From Dehalococcoidia bacterium (GTDB lineage: Bacteria; Chloroflexota; Dehalococcoidia; SHYB01): a stretch of DNA of 64,000 nucleotides. The stretch covers positions 3,511,372 through 3,575,371 of the forward strand of contig OZ253453.1 of assembly GCA_965261455.1 (NCBI GenBank), in the 5' to 3' direction. Below, piece after piece: positions 17,701 to 26,269 of the stretch. The position numbers were made by a program, and so were the translations under genes. Positions within the stretch are counted from its first letter, which is position 1, and each line of letters begins with the position of its first letter. The notes below the pieces were generated by a model. That model saw only the letters and a program-made list of their open reading frames with translations. It was not told the DNA's origin and did no database searches.

Positions 17701-17863
17701 CGAGGCGGGCGAACTCCAGCGCCCCGCAGAGGTTGGCGTCGGTGAGAGCCAGGGCGTCGTAGCCGTGCTCGCCCGCCTGGGCCAGCAGCTCGTGGGTGTG
17801 CGACGCGCCCAAGCCGAAGGAGTAGAAGCTCGCTGCATGCAACTCGACGTAGCCGGCGGTCAT
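14717..17863 (-). CDS. dnaE2: error-prone DNA polymerase III alpha subunit (DnaE2/ImuC)
   Basis: PHP-domain N-terminus MTAGYVELHAASFYSFGLGASHTHEL, ~1048 aa, directly downstream of an ImuB-like gene (16-nt gap). Confidence 0.85.
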   Translation of the reverse strand: MTAGYVELHAASFYSFGLGASHTHELLAQAGEHGYDALALTDANLCGALEFARLANSLGVQPITGGELTLSDGSRLVLLAKTRQGYANISRLFTLANATDRRQPRLDPTHLSEHAGGVVLLTGGRDGRLANLALDGRREEAAGLLRQYVEWFGPDSVFVEVQRNFLSGDTRRNRELAALADEAGAPLAATNDVLYHAPERYRLQHALAAARRNTTIDQALPYIRPNHHLYLKSPMQMARLFQDRPDALANTLRIAERCSFNLATDLGYTLPDPATPEGYTAESYLERLCIEAAVRRYGSVSPRVERRLAEEMRLIRRHNLAGFLLLYREIVLLAQRIMEEKGLTSPETPLEERPPGRGRGSSVALLAGYLIGISHVNPLRWDLTLERFMSEDMSMLPDIDLDFPRALRDELIRRVHRHFGPEFAVLAGAVATYSLKGVIQDLGKALGLPKEDLRRLSKQVEDGGGGLLREEMLALPSFKDRVDAPGWRDLAALTPQLIGAPKALGQHVGGMVLSSSPIPEMVPMRAGAMDGRYIMDWDKDSVADAGFAKIDLLSLPVLDQMEEALDLVERREGKRLDLGKVDPEDPAVYDMINDGGAKGVFLLQSPAQLKLAQRLNSRNLLDLAYQVALIRPGVGVQGSAVSQFVERYRHGAAWEYDHPLEKRALERGYGIIVWQEQVVQLIMDVAGLTAAQADEIRRAFAKPNAEHLIAMHRRRFLEGAGANGVPEDMATKIFGKINGHYMFPESHSHAFAVTAYQAAWLKRHHPLEFFTALMNNQPMGFYPIETLKEDARRFGVPFLNPCVNRSRARCIPDEGSVLLGLQLVKDVGAESAEAIVEERERGGPYSGAGDLVRRTGLRPAAVESLAMAGAFDDVTLNRREALWDAGLAIRPSGKGQRALPVSTQGGVPELADFTEYEKMATEYRVMGLYPRGHLMEFVRPVLDPRVLPADAVEGCGDGEEVLVAGWPIARQHPRGRHGTVFVTIEDETGDVQLILWPRIFARCRGKLRSQVIQAGGVVSRWDGTTDIIVSDIETVDATVPMPAAHDWR

Positions 17864-17879
17864 ACGCGGACGCCCGCTC

Positions 17880-19391
17880 CTAGGCGCTCTGCCGGTACCA
17901 GCGGGGCTCGTCGCGGTCACGGAAGAGCGTGAGCTGCGACCCGTCCTCGACACGGATCCGGTGGTAGGTGCGGGCGAGGGGCCTGGGCATCCACCAGAGG
18001 TCGAAGCTCCACGTGTCCTCGACGTCGTCCACCCGCCGCCAGTGCCCGCCCAGCCGGACCGCCGCGGGCCGGCGGTCCGGCCCCTCCCGGACCGCGACGG
18101 CGACGGGCGCGGAGAGCGAGCCGATGTCCTGCCGCCCTGAAGGATCGATGGGGACTCGCAGCGCGCGCATCTCCGGCGCCGGGTGCCAGGGAGCGACCTC
18201 GACTACCCGATAGAGGGCGTGGCCACCATCCATGTGGCCCCGCAGCCGCCGGTCGACCTCGACGAGCCGCTGCTCCCGGCTGTCCCGTATGTCCTCGGTC
18301 AACCCGAGCTGCAGGCCCGACTCGCCGGTGAGGTCGGAGAGGGCGAGGGTCACCTCCTCGACAGGCGCCCGCGGGTGGTCGGTCTCCAGCCGGCTCCTCA
18401 CGATGCGGGAGGCGCTCTGCCAATTCCCCGCCGCCTGCTTGAAGCGGAACGTTCGCTCCCAGGTCGCCTCCCGGTGGAGCAGGCACTCCACAGCGGCGCC
18501 GCCCGCGTACCTTCCCCGCATCTCGGGACGCGCGTACGCCTTCCTCAGCAGGGAGTCGACCGCGACGAAGAGGACTTCGATGGAGGCCGAGGTGAACGGG
18601 AGCGCGGCGTGCTCGGCCACGGCCTCCTCGTACTTCATGGGGACCAGGGGACTGTCGTCGACGCCGCGGGAAAGCCTCCATGCCCTCCGGCCCGCCGGTC
18701 CGAATTGGTCGACGATCGCTCCCTCCGGCATGGCGGCCACGTCGCCCATGGCGCGCTGGCCGAAGTGCTTGAGGCCGGTCTTGACCTCAGGGGTGATGGG
18801 CAGCAGGTCTATTGATTGGGGCGCGAGGAAGGCCCGGACGTCTGCGGGGGCTTGGCGGGCCCCGAGCGCCTCGGCGGTCCGCGCGGCGACAAGGGCTGGG
18901 AACTTGGCGTCCGCCACGCCGATACGCGGGGCGAAGTAGGTGGGGACGGCGTCCAGCAGGGCGCAGACGAGCCCGGCCTCCCCGCGGTACAGCCGTTCCA
19001 GACCGTCCATCCGCACGTAGGCCACCCCCAGCTCCGAGCGCTCGACGCGGTCGCCGACCGCCTGAAGGGAGGTGAGCATCCGGTGAAACGCCTTGCGGTA
19101 GGCGGGCTCGTCCGCCTCAATGACGGCGGCCTCGGCATGGCGCGACAAGGCCTGCTCCAACGTCATGCCCGCGGCCACCCCCACGGTGGCCGGGAGGAAG
19201 TCGACGACCACAGGCCTGCCGCCGGCGCGGTCGACGATGACGGCGGGCCTGCCGTCGAGATGCGGCTGCCGTCTCAGCTCGATCCTTGCCCGCAGGTGTG
19301 TGACGAGCACGCAGGCGACCCGCAAGGCGCCTCCTCGGTTACGAGAGTCCCCCGGAACGACCGGGGACGAAGGATGATAGAGAACGAACAT
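17880..19391 (-). CDS. imuB: ImuB-like Y-family polymerase paralog (mutasome accessory subunit)
   Basis: N-terminal Y-family palm-like region (VIVDRAGGRPVVVDF...AGMTLEQAL...VGDRVERSELGVAYVRMDGLERLY). Co-directional with and immediately upstream of dnaE2. The exact start is uncertain. Confidence 0.65.
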   Translation of the reverse strand: MFVLYHPSSPVVPGDSRNRGGALRVACVLVTHLRARIELRRQPHLDGRPAVIVDRAGGRPVVVDFLPATVGVAAGMTLEQALSRHAEAAVIEADEPAYRKAFHRMLTSLQAVGDRVERSELGVAYVRMDGLERLYRGEAGLVCALLDAVPTYFAPRIGVADAKFPALVAARTAEALGARQAPADVRAFLAPQSIDLLPITPEVKTGLKHFGQRAMGDVAAMPEGAIVDQFGPAGRRAWRLSRGVDDSPLVPMKYEEAVAEHAALPFTSASIEVLFVAVDSLLRKAYARPEMRGRYAGGAAVECLLHREATWERTFRFKQAAGNWQSASRIVRSRLETDHPRAPVEEVTLALSDLTGESGLQLGLTEDIRDSREQRLVEVDRRLRGHMDGGHALYRVVEVAPWHPAPEMRALRVPIDPSGRQDIGSLSAPVAVAVREGPDRRPAAVRLGGHWRRVDDVEDTWSFDLWWMPRPLARTYHRIRVEDGSQLTLFRDRDEPRWYRQSA

Positions 19392-19398
19392 TCTCTAT
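19377..19398. promoter_or_regulatory. perfect 22-bp palindrome ATAGAGAACGAACATTCTCTAT overlapping the annotated imuB ATG; candidate SOS-type operator
   Basis: 8-bp perfect inverted arms with a 6-nt centre. It contains GAAC-GAAC-ATTC, a one-mismatch Cheo-like GAAC-N4-GTTC. It lies in the 47-bp gap between the CoA-transferase stop and imuB. Confidence 0.35.
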
Positions 19399-19438
19399 GT
19401 CAAAGGGTCGATGACCCAGGGCCGAGGCGGCGAAGGGG

Positions 19439-20641
19439 CTAGATGATTCCGCGGTCGCGGAGCTCGACGATGCGCTCCCAGGAGAGGCCGAGGTCTTGGA
19501 GGACTTCCTCGGTGTGAGCGCCGAACTCTGGCGCCGTCGAGCGCGGCTTCCCCGGCGTCTCGCTGAGGCGGACGGGGAGGCCGACTTGCGTGATGGAGCC
19601 TGCCTCGGGGTGCTCCAGCTCGACGAGAAGCTCGTTGGCGATAACCTGGGGGTCGTTGGGGATGTCGTCGTATTTTTGGACGGGGCCGCAGAGGACGTCC
19701 TTGGCCCGCAGCAGGACGATCCACTCGTCGCGGGTCTTAGTGACGAAGGCGCGGTCCATGATCGGGATGAGCTCGCCGGCGTGTTGGCCGCGGGCGCGGA
19801 CCTCGGAGAAGCGCGGGTCATCGCGCAGCTCCTCAATGCCGAGGACCTCGCACAGCGCGGGCCAGTAGCGGTCGGGCTGGATGCCGCCGAGCGCGATCCA
19901 GCGATCGTCCTTGCAGCGGTAGATGTTGAATAAGGGGTTGTAGTTCGTCGCCCGGGGCCGGGGCAGCGGCATCTCGTCGTTCATCAGATAGCCGTTGAGG
20001 GCGAGCGCCTGGAGCGTCAGCTGCCCGCCGAGCTGAGAGACCTCGACGTGCTGGCCCTTGCCGGTGCGCTCGCGGTCGAAGAGGGCGAGCATGATCCCGT
20101 AGGCCATGGTGATGGCGCCGGTCTGGTCGGCGAGGCCGCCGCTGGAGCGGTAGGAGAGCTCGGGGTCGGCGATCGAGAGCAGTTCCATCAGGCCGCCGCG
20201 GGCCTGTCCGAGGATGTCGAATACGCCTTGTTTGGCTTCGGGGCCGCGCGAACCGAGGCCGGAGACGGAGGCGTAGACGATGCGGGGGTTGATCTTGCGG
20301 ACGGTCTCGTAATCGACCTTCAGTCGCTCGACGACGCCGACGCGGAAGTTCTGGGTGATCACGTCGCACCGCTTGGCGAGATCGTAGAAGATCTCGCGGC
20401 CGTCGTCGGACTTGAGGTTGAGCGTGATGCTCCGCTTGTTGCGGTTCATCGACTCGAAGTAGGTGGGGACGCGGCGTCCGGAGCGCCCCATGGGGGTGAG
20501 GGCGCGGCCGGGGTCGCCGTTGACGGGGTCTTCGACCTTGATCACCTCGGCGCCCATGTCCGAGAGCATCACGGTGCCCCAGGGGCCGTTCTGGTAGATG
20601 GTCAGGTCGAGGATGGTGATGCCGTCGAGTGGGCCTTGCAT
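19439..20641 (-). CDS. CoA-transferase family III (CaiB/BaiF-like)
   Basis: N-terminal GPLDGITILDLT...GPWGTVMLSDMGAEVIKVEDP signature of family III CoA transferases. Confidence 0.8.
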   Translation of the reverse strand: MQGPLDGITILDLTIYQNGPWGTVMLSDMGAEVIKVEDPVNGDPGRALTPMGRSGRRVPTYFESMNRNKRSITLNLKSDDGREIFYDLAKRCDVITQNFRVGVVERLKVDYETVRKINPRIVYASVSGLGSRGPEAKQGVFDILGQARGGLMELLSIADPELSYRSSGGLADQTGAITMAYGIMLALFDRERTGKGQHVEVSQLGGQLTLQALALNGYLMNDEMPLPRPRATNYNPLFNIYRCKDDRWIALGGIQPDRYWPALCEVLGIEELRDDPRFSEVRARGQHAGELIPIMDRAFVTKTRDEWIVLLRAKDVLCGPVQKYDDIPNDPQVIANELLVELEHPEAGSITQVGLPVRLSETPGKPRSTAPEFGAHTEEVLQDLGLSWERIVELRDRGII

Positions 20642-20663
20642 GGCGTCCTCCGATACTGGCGGG

Positions 20664-21872
20664 CTAGATCACGCCGCGGTCCCGAAAGCCTTCGAGGTCT
20701 TCCCAGGAGTAGCCGGCGGCGAGCAGTACGTCTTCGGTGTGAGCGCCGAACTCGGGGGCCGTCGAGCGGGGCTTCGCCGGCGTCTCGCTGAACCGGATGG
20801 GGCAGCCCGCCTGAATCAGCGTCCCCTCCGACGGATGCTCAAGTTCGACGACGTAGTCGTTGGCGCGCACCTGGGGGTCGTGGATTACATCTTCGTAGTC
20901 CTGCACCGGCGCGGCGAGCACGTCGGCGTCGTTGAACGCCTTCACCCACTCGTCGCGGTCCTTGGCAGCGAAGGCGTGGTCCATGATCTCCATGAGCTCA
21001 ATGGCGTTGTCGTTGCGCGGGCCGTTGCCGTTGAACTTGGAGTCGTGCTCCAGGTCCTGGATGCCGAGGATGCGGCAGATGTCGGGCCAGTAGCGGTCGC
21101 CCTGGACGCAGCCCAGAGCGAGCCACTTGCCGTCGCGGGCGGGGTAGATGTGGAAGAGGGGGCTGTTGCCGGCTTTGCCGCGCTGCTTACCCTGGGGCTT
21201 ATCGCCGGCGATGGTGTAGCGCCCGATGCTGAGTCCCTGGAGGAGCATCTGGCCGCCAAGCTGGGAGGTCTGGACGTGCTGGCCCTTGCCGGTGCGCTCG
21301 CGGGCCATGAGGCCGGCGAGGACGGCGTAGGCGAGGGTGATCGCCCCCACCTGATCGGCGATGCCCGCGCCCGCGCCGCGGTAGGTGGGGGCGTCCTCGC
21401 CGGCGGAGAGCATGTTCATCAGCCCCCCGCGCGACAGGCCCAGGATGTCGTAGACGCCCTGCTTTGAGTCGGGGCCGAGCGGCCCCCAGCCGGAGACGCT
21501 GCCGTAGACGATGCGGGGATTGATCGCGCGGACGGTCTCGTAGTCCACCTTCAGGCGCTCGACGACACCGAGACGGAAGTTCTGGGTGATGGCGTCGACG
21601 TCCTTGGCGATCCGGTAGAAGATCTCACGGCCCTCGTCGGACTGCAGGTTGAGCGTCATGCTCTTCTTGTTGCGGTTCAGGACCTGAAAGTAGGAGAACG
21701 AGGCGCGGGTCGAGCCGCCGGCGGGGAGAAGGCCGCGGCCGGGGTCGCCGGTCACCGGGTGCTCGACCTTGATCACGTCGGCGCCCAAGTCGGAGAGCAT
21801 CACCGTCGCCCACGGCCCGTTCTGCCAGATGGTCAGATCGAGGATGGTGATGCCGTCCAGGGGGCCGGGCAT
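20664..21872 (-). CDS. CoA-transferase family III (CaiB/BaiF-like), paralog of the preceding gene
   Basis: MPGPLDGITILDLTIWQNGPWATVMLSDLGADVIKVEHP. Internal ATG at 21872 with GGAGG RBS. The listed 631-aa ORF is a Pro-rich read-through extension. Confidence 0.8.
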   Translation of the reverse strand: MPGPLDGITILDLTIWQNGPWATVMLSDLGADVIKVEHPVTGDPGRGLLPAGGSTRASFSYFQVLNRNKKSMTLNLQSDEGREIFYRIAKDVDAITQNFRLGVVERLKVDYETVRAINPRIVYGSVSGWGPLGPDSKQGVYDILGLSRGGLMNMLSAGEDAPTYRGAGAGIADQVGAITLAYAVLAGLMARERTGKGQHVQTSQLGGQMLLQGLSIGRYTIAGDKPQGKQRGKAGNSPLFHIYPARDGKWLALGCVQGDRYWPDICRILGIQDLEHDSKFNGNGPRNDNAIELMEIMDHAFAAKDRDEWVKAFNDADVLAAPVQDYEDVIHDPQVRANDYVVELEHPSEGTLIQAGCPIRFSETPAKPRSTAPEFGAHTEDVLLAAGYSWEDLEGFRDRGVI

Positions 21873-22011
21873 AGGGAGAGACCTCCGGGGCGTCCTGAGT
21901 CGCGCTTTCACCGGAAACGGCGCGGAATTTCGAGGCGTCATCACGGTAGGACGCGGCCCCGCGAATGTCAACGAAAGGGCTTGCGCAGCCACGGCGCCCA
22001 CAGGGGGCCCC

Positions 22012-22674
22012 CTACGGGAGGGCTGTGGCGAAGGCGATGAGGGCCTCGGCGGCTTCGGCCCAGATGTCTTCGCGGGTGTGGCCGTCGGCCTTGCGGGCGG
22101 CGAAGCTGTGGTCGGCGCCTTGGAGGACGTGGACGCGGGCGTTGGGGGCCTTGGCGGCGGAGGCGGCGAGCTCGGCGGGCGTGGCGAAGGTGTCGCGGGT
22201 CCCCGAGCAGAAGAGCACCGGCATATCGAGAGCAGGAAAGTGCGCGTCGCGGAGGCGCTCCGGCTTCCCCGGCTGGTGCAGGGGGTAGGCGAAGAGGGCG
22301 AGACCGTCGACGGCGGCGCCGTTCGCGGCGGCCATCGAGGCGATACGGCCGCCCATCGAGCGCCCGCCGAGCAGCAGGACGCGCGCCGAGGGCCGCGCCG
22401 CGGTGATCGCGGCACGCCAGGTTGCCTCCAGCACCGGCGGACGGTCGGGCGCGCGCCGCCCCGCTTCCATGTAGGGGAACTGGAAGCGCAGGACACCCAG
22501 GCCCTCGGAGGGCAGGCGTTCCGCCAGGTAGGCCCCGAAGAGGTCGTCCAGGTTGGCACCCGCGCCGGGGACGTAGACGTAAAGCCGTCCGCCTCCGGTC
22601 TGGAGTGCGTCCGCCCGGATTGCGCTTACCGCGCCCTTACCGGGGACTTCTATCGAGAACCGCTCGCCGCTCAA
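22012..22674 (-). CDS. alpha/beta-fold hydrolase (dienelactone-hydrolase-like)
   Basis: GRSMGG nucleophile elbow, ~220 aa, Asp/His-containing C-terminal region. Confidence 0.55.
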   Translation of the reverse strand: MSGERFSIEVPGKGAVSAIRADALQTGGGRLYVYVPGAGANLDDLFGAYLAERLPSEGLGVLRFQFPYMEAGRRAPDRPPVLEATWRAAITAARPSARVLLLGGRSMGGRIASMAAANGAAVDGLALFAYPLHQPGKPERLRDAHFPALDMPVLFCSGTRDTFATPAELAASAAKAPNARVHVLQGADHSFAARKADGHTREDIWAEAAEALIAFATALP

Positions 22675-22710
22675 CCGTTGCTCCTCTATTCGAGGCGGTC
22701 GAGGGTAGCG

Positions 22711-22866
22711 TATCAGCTAACGGCGCTATATGCCGGGGTCCGGAGCTGCATCTCTTGTTCGGTGGTCAGATGACCGCCGCACTGGGCGCACTTTACGTAC
22801 GGGCCAAACTCGTCGTTGCCCGCGAACAGGTCGCCCTTGCACCTCTGGCACGCTTTCTCCCACAAC
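22711..22866 (-). CDS. small zinc-ribbon protein (51 aa; CxxC...CxxC)
   Basis: Manual translation gives MLWEKACQRCKGDLFAGNDEFGPYVKCAQCGGHLTTEQEMQLRTPAYSAVS, with an AAGGA RBS 6 nt upstream. It is below the 60-aa cutoff of the ORF track. Confidence 0.3.
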
Positions 22867-23205
22867 ATCACTGTTCCTTAGTCGGTCCGCGTCTTCCTTT
22901 TTGAAGCCGGACCGTCGATCATCCGCGCGACCCGCCCGCCGGCGCCCGCGCGAAGCTTTCCCGTGTCCGGCCCCAAACCATGAGGCCGAACGATTTCGAC
23001 GCCAAAACCGCGCGATAGTACGCCTTTCGCTACGTAAATGCAATAGTTACCTTGGCGAATTAGCGACGGATTTGGAAATAGGGTAGCCTATGGCGTCGCC
23101 ACACGTGTCCGCCGAGGCCCTGGTGCGACGCAGTTCGACTCGAAATGCGGCATGGAAGTGACCGTCGCGTGAGGGCGTCCAGGTACTGCGACGATATTCG
23201 TCAAA

Positions 23206-26200
23206 ATGTTGCCTTTTGACGCTGAGCGCGGGAGTGGGGTTGAAGGTCGCATCATGGCGTCGATGGCGTGCTCACAGGCGATTCCAGTAGAATCGCTTCT
23301 AGCAGAGGTGTACACCGACTTGACAACGCTTCCTCACCCGTCCGCCGCCGACTTCGCCGCCAAGTGGCGGGACAACCCCCGCCGGGAGCGCGCTTCGTCG
23401 CAGGAGCACTTCATCGACCTCTGCCGCCTGCTCGGTATGCCTACGCCCAACGAGGCCGACCCGACCGGCGACCGATACACGTTCGAGGCCGGGGCCGAGC
23501 GGACCAGCACGGGCAAGCGGGGCTGGGCCGACGTCTGGAAACGCGGCCATTTCGGCTGGGAGTACAAGGGCGCCCATGCCGACCTCGCCGCCGCCTACCG
23601 ACAGTTGCTTGACTATCGCGAGGCGCTGGAGAACCCGCCGCTGCTCGTCGTCAGCGACATGGAGCGAGTCGAGGTCCACACCAACTTCACCAATACCCGG
23701 ACTGCCGTCCATATTGTGACGCTCGCCGACCTTTCGGCGGGCGGCGAGCGGACCGCCGAGGCGTTGCGCATCCTGCGGGCGGTGATGAGCGAGCCCGAGG
23801 CGTTGCGGCCCAGGCAGACGCCCGAAGAGGTTACGAAGGAGGCCGCGTCCCGCTTCGCGGAACTCGCCCGTTCGATGCAGGAGCGCGGGCACGAACCGGA
23901 GGCGGTCGCCCACTTCCTCAACCGTGTGCTCTTCTGCCTCTTCGCCGAGGATGTCGCGTTGCTCCCCAAGCGGCTCATGAGCGACCTGATATCGTCGCGC
24001 GCCGACGAGCCGGAGGAGTTCACGGAGGGCCTCGCCGAGCTGTTCCGCCTGATGGCGGACCGGAAGGCAAGCCGCTTCTTCGGGACACAGCGGGTTGAGT
24101 GGTTCAACGGGGGCCTGTTCGACGATGACGCGACGCTCGCCTTCACCCGCGAGGAGCTTCGTATTGTCGGCGTCGCCTCCTCGCTCGATTGGTCACAGGT
24201 CGAGCCGGCGATTCTTGGCACGCTGTTCGAGCGGGGACTCGATCCCGCCAAGCGCGGCCAGTTGGGCGCCCACTACACCGACCACGAGAAGATCATGATG
24301 GTCGTTGAGCCGGTGGTGATGGCGCCCCTGCGCCGCGAGTTCGACGCCATGCGCGAGCAGGTCGACGAGCTGATGAGCGGCCGCGATCCGAGTCCACTTA
24401 CCCGCGACGGAGAGCGCCGGGCACGGCTGCCCGCATGGGAGCACAAGGCTGAGGCAGGGTGGCGCGCCTTTCTGGAACGGCTGCGCGCGGTGCGCGTGCT
24501 CGACCCGGCCTGCGGCTCGGGGAATTTCCTCTACGTCACGCTGCGGTTGCTCAAGGACCTGGAGCACGAGGCCATCCGCTGGGGTGCGGAGCGGCTGCGC
24601 ATCACCGGGGAGTTCCCGCAAGTCGGCCCGCACAATGTTTTGGGGATCGAGACTAACGCCTACGCGAAGGAGCTGGCGGGCGTCGCGATCTGGATCGGAC
24701 ACATTCAGTGGATGCTGGACCACGGCTACGGCTTCCCCCATGACCCCGTGCTCCAGCCGCTGGACAACATCGAGCGGCGAGATGCGATTCTCGCTTACGC
24801 CGATAAGGACGATAAGAAAGTTCCCATTCCGGCGACTTGGCCGGAGGCGGAGTTCATTGTCGGCAACCCGCCGTTCTTGGGCACGAAGCTGATGCGTCAA
24901 TCGTTGGGCGATGCCTACGTCGACGATGTGTTCCTTGCCTGGAAGGGTCAAGTCGCCCGCGAATCGGACTTGGCATGCTACTGGCACGAAGATGCGCGCC
25001 GCCAGATTGTCGCGGGCCACACGAGCCGTGCCGGTCTGCTGGCAACCAACTCGATCCGGGGCGGCGCGAACCGCTTAGTGCTTAACGGAATCAAGAAGAG
25101 CGGCGATATCTTCCTGGCCTGGTCGGACGAACCTTGGGTCGTTGAGGGCGCCGCCGTCCGCATCTCGATCGTGGGCCAGGACGACGGATCTGAGGAACAG
25201 CGCGAGTTGGACGGCAAGTCCGTCGAGGCGATCAACAGCGACCTGACAGCGGGCCTCGACCTGACACAGGCCCGTATCCTCCCCGAGAATCAGGGCGTCT
25301 CGTTCATGGGCGACACGAAGGGCGGCGCGTTCGACATCCGGGGCGAAGTTGCTCGAGGGATGCTCTCGCTGCCGGCGAACGTCAATGGCCGCACCAATGC
25401 CGATGTGGTCGTGCCCTGGGTGAACGGCATGGACATCACGCGCCGACCGCGTGGCATGTTCATCATCGACTTCGGCGCGGACATGTCCGAGTCGGACGCC
25501 GCCGCGTACGAGGCGCCATTCGAGTACGCGCGCGAGCATGTGCACCCGGTACGCGCAACAAACAAGCGCGAGTCCTATAGGGACCCTTGGTGGGTGCATC
25601 TCAGGCCCCGCCCGGCGATGCGGACGGCGCTGGCTCAACGGTCGCGGTTCATTGTCACGTCGACGGTCGCGAAGCATCGCCTGTTCACCTGGGTGTCGGC
25701 GCCGACGCTTCCCGACCACCAACTCATCGCGATCGCGCGCGACGACGACTACGCCTTCGGCGTCTTGCACGCACGCGCGCACGAACTGTGGTCGCTGCGG
25801 GTGGGCACAAGCCTTGAAGACCGCCCGCGTTACACGCCGACGACGACATTCGAGACGTTCCCCTTTCCGTGGCCGCTCAATACGCCGGACACGGCGCTGA
25901 CCTCTGAGCAGCGAGGCCACCGCGACGCCATCGGGGAGGCGGCGCGGGCGCTGGACGAGGCGCGCCGGCGCTGGCTCAACCCGTCGGAGTGGGTGCGCGA
26001 GGAGCCCGACGTCCTGCCCTCGCTTCCAGCGCGCCTGCTGCCGGTTGACGAAGATGCGGCCAAGCAACTGCGCAAGCGCACGCTTACCAACCTCTACAAC
26101 GCCCGCCCCACGTGGCTCGCCAACCTGCACGCGAATCTCGACGCCGCCGTGTTCGCCGCCTATGGCTGGCCGGAGAGACTTGACGATGGTGCATTGTTGG

Positions 26201-26262
26201 AGCGGCTGCTCGACCTCAACTTCGCGAGGGACCGAGCAAGCGGCCGCAGCGACACCAAATAA
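23206..26262 (+). CDS. MmeI-family type IIL restriction-modification enzyme (fused N-terminal PD-(D/E)xK-like nuclease domain, gamma-class N6-adenine methyltransferase and TRD)
   Basis: N-terminal GWADVWKRGHFGWEYKG ... AYRQLLDY ... PLLVVSDMERVEV parallels the MmeI D-x9-E-x-K nuclease block; MTase motif I LDPACGSGNFLY and motif IV NPPFLG; 1018 aa; lower-GC upstream region (23000-23200). Confidence 0.75.
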   Translation: MLPFDAERGSGVEGRIMASMACSQAIPVESLLAEVYTDLTTLPHPSAADFAAKWRDNPRRERASSQEHFIDLCRLLGMPTPNEADPTGDRYTFEAGAERTSTGKRGWADVWKRGHFGWEYKGAHADLAAAYRQLLDYREALENPPLLVVSDMERVEVHTNFTNTRTAVHIVTLADLSAGGERTAEALRILRAVMSEPEALRPRQTPEEVTKEAASRFAELARSMQERGHEPEAVAHFLNRVLFCLFAEDVALLPKRLMSDLISSRADEPEEFTEGLAELFRLMADRKASRFFGTQRVEWFNGGLFDDDATLAFTREELRIVGVASSLDWSQVEPAILGTLFERGLDPAKRGQLGAHYTDHEKIMMVVEPVVMAPLRREFDAMREQVDELMSGRDPSPLTRDGERRARLPAWEHKAEAGWRAFLERLRAVRVLDPACGSGNFLYVTLRLLKDLEHEAIRWGAERLRITGEFPQVGPHNVLGIETNAYAKELAGVAIWIGHIQWMLDHGYGFPHDPVLQPLDNIERRDAILAYADKDDKKVPIPATWPEAEFIVGNPPFLGTKLMRQSLGDAYVDDVFLAWKGQVARESDLACYWHEDARRQIVAGHTSRAGLLATNSIRGGANRLVLNGIKKSGDIFLAWSDEPWVVEGAAVRISIVGQDDGSEEQRELDGKSVEAINSDLTAGLDLTQARILPENQGVSFMGDTKGGAFDIRGEVARGMLSLPANVNGRTNADVVVPWVNGMDITRRPRGMFIIDFGADMSESDAAAYEAPFEYAREHVHPVRATNKRESYRDPWWVHLRPRPAMRTALAQRSRFIVTSTVAKHRLFTWVSAPTLPDHQLIAIARDDDYAFGVLHARAHELWSLRVGTSLEDRPRYTPTTTFETFPFPWPLNTPDTALTSEQRGHRDAIGEAARALDEARRRWLNPSEWVREEPDVLPSLPARLLPVDEDAAKQLRKRTLTNLYNARPTWLANLHANLDAAVFAAYGWPERLDDGALLERLLDLNFARDRASGRSDTK

Positions 26263-26269
26263 CAGCGGC

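Noticed and set aside
20664-22559. 631-aa ORF with Pro-rich N-terminus
   Set aside because: The extension overlaps the alpha/beta hydrolase gene region. The CoA-transferase homology begins at MPGPLDG (21872), which has a GGAGG RBS.
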